This document shows positions 12,697-25,802 of a stretch of DNA of 64,000 nt, piece by piece. A program made the position numbers and the translations under genes. The stretch is taken from assembly GCA_964016885.1 (NCBI GenBank), contig OZ024742.1, positions 63,612,001 through 63,676,000 on the forward strand, written 5' to 3'. The stretch comes from Eledone cirrhosa (Eukaryota). Positions within the stretch are counted from its first letter, which is position 1. Every line of letters begins with the position of its first letter. The notes under the pieces were generated by a model. That model searched no databases. It was not told the DNA's origin and was given only the letters and a program-made list of their open reading frames with translations.

Positions 12697-14522
12697 GTGA
12701 CACAGGGGGCCATACCAAAAGATTGGTGCAGTAGCATCATTGTCAACTGCTACAAAGGTAAAGGCGATGCACTAGATAGAGGAAACTATAGAGGTATAAA
12801 GTTGATGGACCAGGTCATGAAAGTAACAGAAAGAGTTATAGCACAGCTGATTAGGGACCGGGTGAATATAGACGAGATGCAATTTGGGTTTGTTCCAGGG
12901 AAAGGCACCACTGATGCGCTCTTCCTTGTGAGGCAATTACAGGAAAAGTACCTAGCTAAAAGTAAGCCACTCTACTTGGCATTTGTCGACCTTGAGAAAG
13001 CCTTTGACAGAGTTCCACGTGCAGTAATCTGGTGGGCTCTTAGAAAACTAGGAGTAGATGAATGGCTTGTGAAAGCGGTACAAGCCATGTATAGGGGAGC
13101 AGTCAGCAAAGTTAGGATTGGCAATGAGTATAGCGAGGAATTTAGCGTACAGGTTGGGGTCCACCAGGGCTCTGTTCTTAGCCCTCTCCTGTTCATCATA
13201 GTCCTGCAGGCAATAACGGAGGAGTTTAAGACCGGATGCCCATGGGAACTCCTGTATGCTGATGACCTCGCACTCATAGCTGAATCTATGGTAGAACTAG
13301 AGAATAAATTCCAAACCTGGAAGCAGGGACTAGAGAGAAAGGGCCTCAAAGTCAACATGACAAAGACTAAGGTCCTTATAAGTAGACGAGAAAACAGAAC
13401 CCAGATCCCCTCAGGGAAATGGCCTTGCTCAGTATGTAGGAAAGGTGTAGGTAGGAACTCCATTCTTTGCCCCAAATGCAAACAATGGGTACACAAGAGA
13501 TGTAGCGGGATCTCAGGAAGCTTAATTAAGAATGTAGGATTCACATGCAGCAGCTGTGCTGAAACAGCAAGCAAACAGCCACAGGAAACAAGTACCACCA
13601 ATCTCTGGGAGGGCCCTGTAGAAACAGTAGACAGCTTCTGCTACCTAGGTGACCGAATTAGCAACGGAGGTGGGTGCTCAGAAAGTACAATAACTAGGGT
13701 AAGAACGGGATGGAAGAAGTTTAGGGAACTACTACCACTGCTAGCTGCAAAAGGCTTCTCCCTCAGAATGAAAGGCAGACTGTATGATGCGTGTATCCGA
13801 ACAGCGATGTTGCATGGTAGTGAGACCTGGGCGCTGAAGGTGGAAGACTTACGTAGATTAGAGAGAAACGAAGCCTGCATGCTCCGATGGATGTGTAACA
13901 GTAATATACGTGAACGACAAAGCATAAATGAATTGAGAGAGAGACTGAGCATAAGAGGAATCAAATGCTGCGTGCAGGAGAGGCGGTTACGCTGGTATGG
14001 ACATGTGATGCGTATGAAGGATGACAGCTGCATAAAAAGGTGCAGAGCACTAGAAGTTGATGGAAACCGCGGAGTGGGGAGACCCAAGATGACTTGGGAT
14101 GAGGTGATAAAAGCCGACCTTACCCAACTACACCTCTCAAAGTCAATGACACACGACCGTGACTTCTGGCGTCACGCAGTAATACAGGGTACCCGACCTC
14201 CCATGGGTACATGCTGAAGCATATAAACAATATGCCCCCCCCCCCCCCCGCAAGGTGGTCGTGGAGGTGCCACGGCAAAAAAGCACCCAGCCCACACTGT
14301 AAAGTGGACGTGTAGGCGCCACGAAAAAGCACCCAGCACTCACTGTAAATGAGGTTGGTGTTAGGAAGGGCATCCAGCTGTAGAAATCAAGCCAGATCAG
14401 TTCCTGTATGAGCAAGGCATGGTCAGCCGACCAGACACTGCCCACAACAGGACAACCCGTCTAACCCATGCTAGCGTGGAAGAACGGACGTAAAACGGTG
14501 ATGATGATGATGATGATGATGA
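12697..14522 (+). mobile_element. 5'-truncated RTE LINE (lineage C) with intact 506-aa RT+PHD ORF, modular 3' UTR and (GAT)n tail
   Basis: ORF 12697..14217 with FVDLEKAFD, GVHQGSVLSP, YADDL and C4HC3; tail gatgatgat at ~14500-14522; appears inserted in a SINE whose body resumes at 14523. Confidence 0.95.
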
Positions 14523-14574
14523 CAGTGTGTGATATGGCTGACTCTGTAAATCACAGGTACAACTCATTTTTTTC

Positions 14575-17514
14575 CAGCTGCGTGGGCTGGAGCAACATGA
14601 AATAATATGTCTTACTCAGCTGCGTGGGCTGGAGCAACATGAAATAATATGTCTTTCTCAGCTGCGTGGGCTGGAGCAACATGAAATAATATGTCTTTCT
14701 CAGCTGCGTGGGCTGGAGCAACATGAAATAATATGTCTTACTCAGCTGCGTGGGCTGGAGCAACATGAAATAATATGTCTTTCTCAGCTGCGTGGGCTGG
14801 AGCAACATGAAATAATATGTCTTTCTCAGCTGCGTGGGCTGGAGCAACATGAAATAATATGTCTTTCTCAGCTGCGTGGGCTGGAGCAACATGAAATAAT
14901 ATGTCTTTCTCAGCTGCGTGGGCTGGAGCAACATGAAATAATATGTCTTACTCAGCTGCGTGGGCTGGAGCAACATGAAATAATATGTCTTTCTCAGCTG
15001 CGTGGGCTGGAGCAACATGAAATAATATGTCTTTCTCAGCTGCGTGGGCTGGAGCAACATGAAATAATATGTCTTTCTCAGCTGCGTGGGCTGGAGCAAC
15101 ATGAAATAATATGTCTTTCTCAGCTGCGTGGGCTGGAGCAACATGAAATAATATGTCTTACTCAGCTGCGTGGGCTGGAGCAACATGAAATAATATGTCT
15201 TTCTCAGCTGCGTGGGCTGGAGCAACATGAAATAATATGTCTTTCTCAGCTGCGTGGGCTGGAGCAACATGAAATAATATGTCTTTCTCAGCTGCGTGGG
15301 CTGGAGCAACATGAAATAATATGTCTTACTCAGCTGCGTGGGCTGGAGCAACATGAAATAATATGTCTTTCTCAGCTGCGTGGGCTGGAGCAACATGAAA
15401 TAATATGTCTTACTCAGCTGCGTGGGCTGGAGCAACATGAAATAATATGTCTTTCTCAGCTGCGTGGGCTGGAGCAACATGAAATAATATGTCTTTCTCA
15501 GCTGCGTGGGCTGGAGCAACATGAAATAATATGTCTTACTCAGCTGCGTGGGCTGGAGCAACATGAAATAATATGTCTTTCTCAGCTGCGTGGGCTGGAG
15601 CAACATGAAATAATATGTCTTTCTCAGCTGCGTGGGCTGGAGCAACATGAAATAATATGTCTTTCTCAGCTGCGTGGGCTGGAGCAACATGAAATAATAT
15701 GTCTTTCTCAGCTGCGTGGGCTGGAGCAACATGAAATAATATGTCTTTCTCAGCTGCGTGGGCTGGAGCAACATGAAATAATATGTCTTACTCAGCTGCG
15801 TGGGCTGGAGCAACATGAAATAATATGTCTTTCTCAGCTGCGTGGGCTGGAGCAACATGAAATAATATGTCTTTCTCAGCTGCGTGGGCTGGAGCAACAT
15901 GAAATAATATGTCTTTCTCAGCTGCGTGGGCTGGAGCAACATGAAATAATATGTCTTTCTCAGCTGCGTGGGCTGGAGCAACATGAAATAATATGTCTTA
16001 CTCAGCTGCGTGGGCTGGAGCAACATGAAATAATATGTCTTTCTCAGCTGCGTGGGCTGGAGCAACATGAAATAATATGTCTTTCTCAGCTGCGTGGGCT
16101 GGAGCAACATGAAATAATATGTCTTACTCAGCTGCGTGGGCTGGAGCAACATGAAATAATATGTCTTTCTCAGCTGCGTGGGCTGGAGCAACATGAAATA
16201 ATATGTCTTTCTCAGCTGCGTGGGCTGGAGCAACATGAAATAATATGTCTTTCTCAGCTGCGTGGGCTGGAGCAACATGAAATAATATGTCTTTCTCAGC
16301 TGCGTGGGCTGGAGCAACATGAAATAATATGTCTTACTCAGCTGCGTGGGCTGGAGCAACATGAAATAATATGTCTTACTCAGCTGCGTGGGCTGGAGCA
16401 ACATGAAATAATATGTCTTTCTCAGCTGCGTGGGCTGGAGCAACATGAAATAATATGTCTTTCTCAGCTGCGTGGGCTGGAGCAACATGAAATAATATGT
16501 CTTTCTCAGCTGCGTGGGCTGGAGCAACATGAAATAATATGTCTTTCTCAGCTGCGTGGGCTGGAGCAACATGAAATAATATGTCTTACTCAGCTGCGTG
16601 GGCTGGAGCAACATGAAATAATATGTCTTTCTCAGCTGCGTGGGCTGGAGCAACATGAAATAATATGTCTTTCTCAGCTGCGTGGGCTGGAGCAACATGA
16701 AATAATATGTCTTTCTCAGCTGCGTGGGCTGGAGCAACATGAAATAATATGTCTTTCTCAGCTGCGTGGGCTGGAGCAACATGAAATAATATGTCTTTCT
16801 CAGCTGCGTGGGCTGGAGCAACATGAAATAATATGTCTTTCTCAGCTGCGTGGGCTGGAGCAACATGAAATAATATGTCTTTCTCAGCTGCGTGGGCTGG
16901 AGCAACATGAAATAATATGTCTTTCTCAGCTGCGTGGGCTGGAGCAACATGAAATAATATGTCTTACTCAGCTGCGTGGGCTGGAGCAACATGAAATAAT
17001 ATGTCTTTCTCAGCTGCGTGGGCTGGAGCAACATGAAATAATATGTCTTTCTCAGCTGCGTGGGCTGGAGCAACATGAAATAATATGTCTTTCTCAGCTG
17101 CGTGGGCTGGAGCAACATGAAATAATATGTCTTTCTCAGCTGCGTGGGCTGGAGCAACATGAAATAATATGTCTTACTCAGCTGCGTGGGCTGGAGCAAC
17201 ATGAAATAATATGTCTTTCTCAGCTGCGTGGGCTGGAGCAACATGAAATAATATGTCTTACTCAGCTGCGTGGGCTGGAGCAACATGAAATAATATGTCT
17301 TTCTCAGCTGCGTGGGCTGGAGCAACATGAAATAATATGTCTTACTCAGCTGCGTGGGCTGGAGCAACATGAAATAATATGTCTTTCTCAGCTGCGTGGG
17401 CTGGAGCAACATGAAATAATATGTCTTACTCAGCTGCGTGGGCTGGAGCAACATGAAATAATATGTCTTACTCAGCTGCGTGGGCTGGAGCAACATGAAA
17501 TAATATGTCTTACT
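14575..17514. repeat. 42-bp minisatellite, 70 copies, embedded in a SINE
   Basis: Unit cagctgcgtgggctggagcaacatgaaataatatgtcttWct; 2940 bp = 70 x 42; essentially one variable position (A/T). Confidence 0.98.
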
Positions 17515-17666
17515 CAAAAACACAACTCACTGCTGGGAATCAAACTCAGAACGTTATAATTGTGAACCAAACATACTAACCACTAAGCAACACAGTTATA
17601 TAATAATGGTTCTTACTGTTACATGATAATGAATAAATAATTTTAAAAAATGAAATAGATAAATAC

Positions 17667-17853
17667 CAGCTGTGGAGATGTAGGCAAGGGTGATAAGCCA
17701 GTAAATAATGAAGATGGCCAGGATAAAAACTGACCAGAATGGTTGGATCAATAGAAATGGAATGTCCATGACACATTTCCCTGCTTCAACAAACAGGCCG
17801 AGGGCTAATCTGATACGCGTTCTTATTGCATACATCAGAAGTAAAATAATCAG
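17667..17853 (-). CDS. SLC44A1: SLC44/CTL1-like exon G
   Basis: attctAG|...|GTattt; 187 nt, phase 0-1; LIILLLMYAIRTRIRLALGLFVEAGKCVMDIPFLLIQPFWSVFILAIFIIYWLITLAYISTA, with the R.RI.LA..LF.EAGK and QPFW motifs. Confidence 0.95.
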
Positions 17854-18689
17854 CTAGAATTGAAAAAAGAAAAGAAAATTAATGTTTTGGTTCTTGTTGA
17901 TTTCAGTATTTCATTGTATGTTTTAAATTTTATTTTATTGATTCTATAAAAATGAATTAACGTTCAACACCCTGTACCAGATGAAACCACATTAGCAAGC
18001 CATTCATGGAAAGTAAAAAACAGTACTAAGACTGCATCACATAAAAAATATAAGTCTTTACTTGAACACTGCAAATTTTCATACTGCGCTGTCCACTAGT
18101 AAAAATGCTATAAACATTTGAATTAACAAACAACATGGAAACACATTAGTGAGACATACTTAAAAGCATAAAACAGCACTGTCACTGAATTACATCGAAA
18201 AGTAAAGTCTTTGCTTGAATACTGCAAATTTTCACTCTGATTTATCAACAAGCAGATATAATATAAGTACTAGAATTAACAAACACATTTTTAGCTATTT
18301 TCTGCTAAATCAGCACAAGATGTTAAGAGTTAAGCACAGTAAAAAACAATGGGATTTGAACTGATAATCTAAAGGGAAGGAACTAAATATTGCAATGTAT
18401 TTTGTACAGTAGAGAGTTCTTGTAATGTTAAATAAATTCACTTGCCATAAGGAGTAGAAAGTGCAGGAATGGTTGAGTGGTTAATGTGTTTGTTTAGCTA
18501 CCATGTGGTTTCAGGTTACCCTACTGCATACCACCTTGGGCAAGTGTCTTCTACAATAGCTTCAGGTTTTCTAATGCTTTGTAAATGAAATAATTTGGTA
18601 GATGGAAACAGTGCAGAAGCCCATCAAATGTATCTGTATCCTTATAAATTTATATAATTTGACTATATATGTGTGTGTGTGTGTATCAT

Positions 18690-19740
18690 CTAAGTTTGGT
18701 GGTTTACCACTGGATAGAACTGTTCATTCCATCAGATCTGGTTTGTATTGTCATGAAATGCTCAAGTTGCATGTTGACATCTTGGATAGAAAGACTGTTG
18801 GTCCATTCTGCTGAATCCTTTTCCAGTTACCTTTGTGGAAGTCTAGGCTGGATAGAAACTGCGTGCTTCCAGATGGCTGCACTTGTACAGTCTTCCTCAG
18901 TCTTCCTATTGTTAGTTCCACTATGTTATGATCTGAGAAAATCAATAGTGTTACCTTTACAATGTGGATGAGCACCGTGTTATTTGTGAAGCAGAGATCT
19001 AGGACATTGTCAACTTTTTTGGTGTAGTACCATTTGTTCCATAGCAAAGATTCAGTCTGTCTTTGTTCATGTGCTAAAGCAGAAGGGACCAACAGTCTTT
19101 CTATCCAAGATGTCAACATGCAACTTGAGCATTTCATGACAATACAAACCAGATGCTTTAAGTTTGTCCTGGAAAAAAGGCCAACAAACACAAAAATATT
19201 ATTCCCGGAGACAGAAAATGAGAATCCCAGACTGGCTAAATATACAACTAAAGAAAAAGAAATAATCCCACATGAAGCAGGCACTGTTTGAAATTGAAAC
19301 TGAACTCAGATACTCCCATGGAAAGGGGAGAGCAGAAAGAAAAATCAGGGCTATAGAAAATATAAAAATGAACCCTGAGGGCTTCTTTAAATTCACAAAA
19401 GGAATTACAACAGGATAGGGACACTTTTCCATAAAAATGGCTCATTGACAGCAGATCCCCAAGGGATAAATGAGATACTGAACGAGCAATATAAAAGTGT
19501 TTTCACACCAAATGAGGCATATGCAAATAAATAAGCAAGATCAGTTTTTTGACTCAACAATGCTACATGGAGAAATGGCAACCATCAACTACATAGATAT
19601 AAATGAGGACCAGCCATTGATGAAATGAGACCAAATTCAGCTACTGGCCCTGATGGTTTCCCAACAACCCTCCTAAAAACATGCAGACATACTTTAACAA
19701 AACCAGTGCAGCTCCTCTTCCTAAGTTCCCTTACAAGTGA
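18690..19740. mobile_element. Degenerate CR1-like LINE fragment with internal inversion
   Basis: NVLDLCFTNN...SDHN (APE endonuclease end) on the minus strand; plus-strand continuation homologous to 25825-26640. Confidence 0.8.
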
Positions 19741-21546
19741 TAATTACACAGAAATCTAAAATAACTGGCCAGACTTCCCTCATAATTGGGACCAGCCAGC
19801 CCCACACTGTAAAATTGGTTGGTGTTAGGAAAGGCATCCAGCAGTTGTAAAATACCTAGCCAAAATAGAGGTCCTGCTCTGTGCAAGGTTCAGCATGGCC
19901 AAACCTTCCTCATAACATGTCTACCCAGCTTCCAAAATACAGTTCGACACGGCCAACTGGCCAGACCGTCTTCATAATGGGTTCACCCAGCTCCCAAATA
20001 TGGACCCACTATGGGCAGGATATGGCTATCTGGCCAGACCCCCTCATAACAGGACCACCCAGTTCCACACTGTAAATGTGGTTGGTGTTAGGAAGGGCAT
20101 CCAGCTGTAAAAACCCCTGACCAAAATACAGTTCCATTTGAGCAAGGTATGGCACAGCCAACTGGCCAGACTTGCCACATAATGTGGATGCTCCATCTGA
20201 CCCATGTAAGCATATATATATATATATATCATCATCATCATATTTAACGTCCATCTTCCACACTAACATGGGTATATATATATATATATACACACACAAA
20301 TATACACATATACATATGATATTGTCACACTCCAAAATGAACTGAAGCTCATTCATCAACAGGCAGATGAAAATAATATGAAATTCAATGCATCAATATT
20401 TCAGGTTATTCATTATGGAGGGCATATACACAATACACATTATTTGACCCCAGATAATACAACAATTCAGAGCACTAATAACATACAGGATTTAGGAATA
20501 ATCATATCAAAAAATGACCAACGTATACACATATATATAGATATATATAAAACGTTGAAAATAAGACCAAGTATTGTTAATTATATCATATTTTAAATGC
20601 ACATTTCTTCCGCCTTACAAGATATATAATTAATTATTAGTTAATCAATTATATATCCTGTGAAATGGAAGAAACATGCGTTAATTAGAATATGATATAA
20701 TTAACAGTATTTGGTCTTATTTTCAATGTAATATTTGCTCTGAGTCTACTCAAACATTTGAAACATAGGAGTTCATACATGTAAATCTTGCAGTTATCCT
20801 TCTGAGTAGTTTACTGCAATAAATCTCATATTTTGAGCTGTAATAACTTCTTCACCTACCTTTATCTGTTTCTCTATTTGAAAACGACTTATTCTCTCTC
20901 TCTCTGTGTCTCTGTCTGTGTTTGTGTCTGTGTGTGTGTGTGTGTGTAAAAGGCAAACAGAAATACCAAAGCAGGCGACAGTACAATGAAGAAATATATT
21001 AGTTTTGCACTTGATAATATATATATGTGTATGTGTGTGTATAAAGAAAAAGAGAGAAGGAGGGAAAGAGAGAGAGAGAAAGAAAGAGGGATGTTAGATA
21101 TATATACATTTATATATGCATTTGTGTGTGTGTGCATATGTCAACAATAACAATAGCCGGAATAAATACTGTAATTTATTGTTTGATATTCAATTGATTC
21201 CTAATAATGTTTTTTTAAATAGGCCATAAGCTGGATAATTTAGGAGAGGGTTCAGTGTGAATTAGACAAACCCCAGTACTTGAGTGGTACAGTATAGACC
21301 CTCAGAAGAATGAAAGATATATTTGACATCAGCAGGATATGACCTCAGAACATGAAGGGCCATAACTAAATACTACATGATCAAATGATTCAGCCAATAA
21401 TAAAATAATGAAGATAATCATCATTAGTTAACTAATTTAAAAGAATTGGTCAAACTCCGCCCATTCTCCTTCTTAGTCAAAGGAAACATGAAATATAAAA
21501 TAAATAAAAACAAAAAAAAGAAAACAACAAATAAATACAAACATAC

Positions 21547-21692
21547 CGTCAAAATGGTTGCTACTATAGAATAAATCAGGAATACTACTTCTTCTTCGAT
21601 TTCAATGTCCATGAAAGGAACGCTGTATTTTTGTCTATCATCTGACTTAATTCTTATATCAATATATCTCCACCATAGAAACCCTGTACCAA
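21547..21692 (-). CDS. SLC44A1: SLC44/CTL1-like exon F
   Basis: ctctctAG|...|GTatgt; 146 nt, phase 1-0; (I)GTGFLWWRYIDIRIKSDDRQKYSVPFMDIEIEEEVVFLIYSIVATILT. Confidence 0.92.
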
Positions 21693-21751
21693 CTAGAGAG
21701 AGAAAGAGAGAAAGGAATGTTGAAGGGAGGAAGAGAACATATAAGATCATA

Positions 21752-22358
21752 TTTAACCCTTCTGATACCAAAGCGCCTGAAACCTCCCTTGATTCTACAA
21801 TACTAAACTGTTTGTTTTAAAGAGTTTAAATTCATGTAAAAATTTCCCATCATAATCTTATATAAGAACTTTTATTATGTTCTAAACACCAACTTAACTC
21901 TTTTGATATTAAACTGCCTGAAACCACCCCTTGTTCTATAATACTAAACTGTTTATTTTAAAATGTTTATATCTAAAAACCTTCCATCAAAATTAGATGT
22001 AAGAAATTTTGTTAAATTATGTTCCAAACACCAGCTTAATAATAAGACAGTTATATTACGAAATCTCTATTAATTATTGATTATTTTCATAAATATTTGA
22101 AAATCAGTCTTTCATTAGAAATATGGTAATGAAGGTGTTAACAATCAGTCAACCCAACAGTTCAAAATTCCTTTTAAAAAGATCACCCAATACAAGTTAG
22201 GCAGTGTTGAAACTGTAAGAAAGAGATCCCTCATAAAGTTAATGTCGTCTATCATTTAATAAAATAATATTTGAAATTATGTAGCCTATTTGATATTAGC
22301 TTCTGTGTTTATGTAAATACAGTGTGTATCATAAGAAATATAGTAATGAAAGGGTTAA
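21752..22358. mobile_element. piggyBac-type (TTAA) MITE relics, tandem
   Basis: ttaaCCCTT...AAGGGttaa-like ends; body homologous to 60208-60475 and 61300-61482. Confidence 0.65.
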
Positions 22359-22441
22359 TATAATATGCTGATTGGTTAAATCTGACACTCCTTAATCTTG
22401 AGCAAAAGCTGATATTAAGGTGAAGTTGTTTCAGATATATG

Positions 22442-22486
<45 letters not shown>

Positions 22487-22487
<1 letters not shown>

Positions 22488-24789
22488 CATCATCATCATC
22501 ATCAGTTTACGTCCGCTTTTCCCTGCTTGCAAGGGTTGGACAGGTCCTATTGAGCACAGCATCTCTCCACTTGTCACGGTCTCTCATCATCTCCTCCCTG
22601 AGTTTCAGCGATCTGAGGTCTGCTCTCACCACCTCCGCTCATGTTTTTTGTGGTCTACCTCTACTGCATCTTCCTTCTACTGGGATTTCTTGGCACTTCT
22701 TTACCCAGCGGTCATCCTCCATGCGCATCACATGTCCATACCATCGCAGTCTTCTGTCTTGCACACCACAACTTATCTCTCTTATACCCAGTTTCTTTCT
22801 CAACTCGTCTATGCTTGGTCATTCACGCACATTGATATTGCACATCCAACGGAGCATACTTGCTTCATTTCTCTCCAGTCATCGCATATCCTCTGCAGTT
22901 GCTGCCCATGTCTCACTACCATGCAGCGTCGTGCATCTCACACAGGCATCATATAACTGTCCTTTTGTACGCAGGGAGAAACCCTTCTTTGTCAACAGAG
23001 GAAGCAGCTCCCTAAACTTCTTACAACCCGTCCTTATTCTAGATACTATGGCCTCGGAACACCCCCTCCCATGCTAATCTGATCACCCAGGTACTGGAAG
23101 CTATCAACCACTTCTATAGAACCCCCCTGCATTGGAAAAATGTGTCTATCACTGCAATTACTACTGCCAACTTTCCCTGTACATCTACTACATACATATT
23201 TCTCCCTACCTGTTAGTTTGCCTGCTATCCCACTACATCTCTTGTGTACCCAAGATCTGTATTGTATACATTTTATGGAATTTATGCCAGTTCCTTTCCT
23301 ACATATCGAACATGGCCATTTCCCTGATGGAATCAGAGTATTGTCCTCTTTTCTACTTATCAACACTTTTGTCTTAGCTAGGTTCACTCTCAGTCCAGCA
23401 GCCTTACCATTCTTCATTTCCTTAATTGCCTCTTGTACCCTATATTCATCAATCTCAATAGCTGGTACCTCTGTCAGGTCTACTGGTGGTAATTTCTCTC
23501 TCTCCCATTCATTCTCCACATTCATCAGTCTCTCATAATGACATTTCCAGGCCTCCTTTTCCTGATCATTCGTGACACAAAGTGCACTGGCATCATTCCG
23601 GACACACTTATCTCCAACAACATGATTTGCACTGACACACTGCCTTGCAATGCAGAACACGGCACGTCTCTGATCCTCCCGTCGCAGAACATTGGCAAAC
23701 CTCCTACTCTCAGCCTCCCTGCGTGCTAAGTACACCTGACGTCTAGCTTCTCTCTTGGTGGCTGTGTATCCTTCTCTACTCCCACCATTTTTCCAAGCCT
23801 TCCATGCCAGTCTTTTGTCTCTAATGGCCCTATCTACTGTACTGTTCCACCACCAGGTCACTCTCTCTCTGGTTGAACCTCTGCCCAACCACAAGTTTCT
23901 TCAGTAGCCTGCAGTAAGTTGTCACACAAGAAATTCCAGTTATCATCTATGTCATACGATTTTAAATCGTCTTCTTTTTCGTCATACACATCTTTAAGGG
24001 CTTTGCTAAATTTATATTTTAATGAAAGGTCTTTTAGCTTCCAGACCTTTCTTTTCCACACCTTCCTGTATGTCTCATTCTTTCTCTTGCTTACTGAGAT
24101 GTCACTAATGACTACCCTATGCTGTGGGGTACATTCTTACCCAGGGTATGCATTAGTATTTGACACCATCTGTCTGTCTCACTGTCTAACTAGCAAGAAG
24201 TCAATCTGGCTTATGTGATCGCCCGATTTGTAGGTTATTAGGTGGTTTGTAGGCTTCTGGACGTTAGTGTCGCAAATGGTTAGTGCATTTGCATCACAAA
24301 ACTCAAGAAGCCTCACTCCTTCTTCATTTCTTGAGCCGTAACTGTGCCCACCATGTACCCCAGTGTATCCATCCTGGAGCTGTCCAACATGTCCATTGAA
24401 GTCCCCTGCTATCATAATGATGTCTCTGTCCTCTGTCATTGAGGCTGTTTGTAAAAGTTGCTCGTAAAAGCAGTCTTTCTCTTCTTTACCTAGGCCTGCC
24501 TGGGGAGTATAGGCAGAGATGATTGTCAGTAGTCTCTTGCCTACAACTAATCTAAGCTTAATTATTCTATTATTAACTCTAACTACCTCTATTGTCTTAT
24601 TGATCCATCTCTCAGCCAGTAATATGCCCACCCCACCTAATCCATCATCATTACCCACCCAGAAAAGCTTATAACTACGATGTTTGCCTGCGATTAGTCT
24701 TGCAGAGGCACCTCTCCATCTCACCTCTTGCACACAGCACACATCCATATGCCTTCTCTCCAGCATCTCCACTATCTCAACCGATCTAC
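22487..24789 (-). mobile_element. RTE LINE lineage B: APE endonuclease + PHD, RT core deleted, short 3' UTR, (GAT)n tail
   Basis: ORFs 24179..24820 (DVCCVQEVRW, AGDFNGHVG, QIDF) and 23046..23894; tail atcatcatc at ~22487-22503. Confidence 0.93.
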
Positions 24790-25802
24790 TTGTTGTGTAC
24801 CGAGGCAGTCTCTTTTGCAAATTTAAAGAAGGCCTTAGAGTTTGTTTTAATATTTTCTATGGCCCTGTTTTCTTTCTTTGCCCTCTCATTTTCATTGGAA
24901 AGTTTGAATGCAATCTCGATGTCAAGTAGTGCACGTTTCAAATAGGATTCCTTCATATTTTTCTTTTTTTGTTGTGCATTCAACTGGTTTGAGAGCTTAG
25001 TTCTTCGTCTCATAAGGATTTTCCTATCTCTGGGAATAAGATTTTTGTGTCTGTTGGCCTTTTTCTCCGGGACAAACTTTTGGCATATAGTTTGTATTGT
25101 TGTCATGAAATGTTGAAAATGTATGTTGGTGTCTTGTGTGGCGATGTTGTCGTTCCATATTTGCTTCCGGATTTCTCTCTTGATCTTTTTCCAGTTAGCC
25201 TTGTAAAAGTTAAGGCTGGATAAGTTCCCGGTGCTTCTTGATGGTTGTGTCTCTGTTGATTCTTCGAACCACATATCATTACTTCTACTAAGTTGTGATC
25301 CGAGAAAATCTTTACATTGTGGATGAGCACTGCGTTGTTTGTAAAACAGAGATCTAGGACATTCTCACCTCTTGGTGGGAGGAGTACTGCTTGTTCCATG
25401 AACAGCCTGTGTGTGAGGGCCAGCAGGGACTCTGTCTGTCTCTATTCTAGTGATGTCATTCCAGGGGGGAGGTCGCCCTCAGGCCATTTGACCTTTGGCA
25501 GGTTGAAGTCTCCCAGCAGTAGAATGTTGAGACCCTGGTCCAGTTTTTCAAGGACCTCTTCTATCCTACTGAGGCTATCCTCAAATTTACCCTCATGACT
25601 GGGGCATTGGGCGGCCGATATGTGCCACATATTACTGTCTTTAGTTGCTTCATATGTACTATCAGTGTGTCACAGACTGAGTTTGAATGTGTCAACAGTA
25701 CAATTGGTGTGACATCTTCACGGATATACAGAGCAACCCCACTATGAGTTCTCTCCTTCCTGTCCGAACGAAATACAGTATATTTTGGTATACGATTTTC
25801 TA
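24790..25802 (-). mobile_element. CR1-like LINE fragment (APE endonuclease region)
   Basis: YTVFRSDRKERTHSGVALYI, YRPP, LLGDFNLP, NVLDLCFTN and SDHN motifs. Confidence 0.88.

Noticed and set aside
12972-14087. Long antisense ORFs over RTE copies
   Set aside because: Shadow frames of the RT coding strand with no recognisable motifs
14551-17523. 990-aa ORF / CRISPR-like array
   Set aside because: Pure head-to-tail 42-bp repeat with no unique spacers and no cas genes; the ORF is a by-product of a stop-free unit divisible by 3
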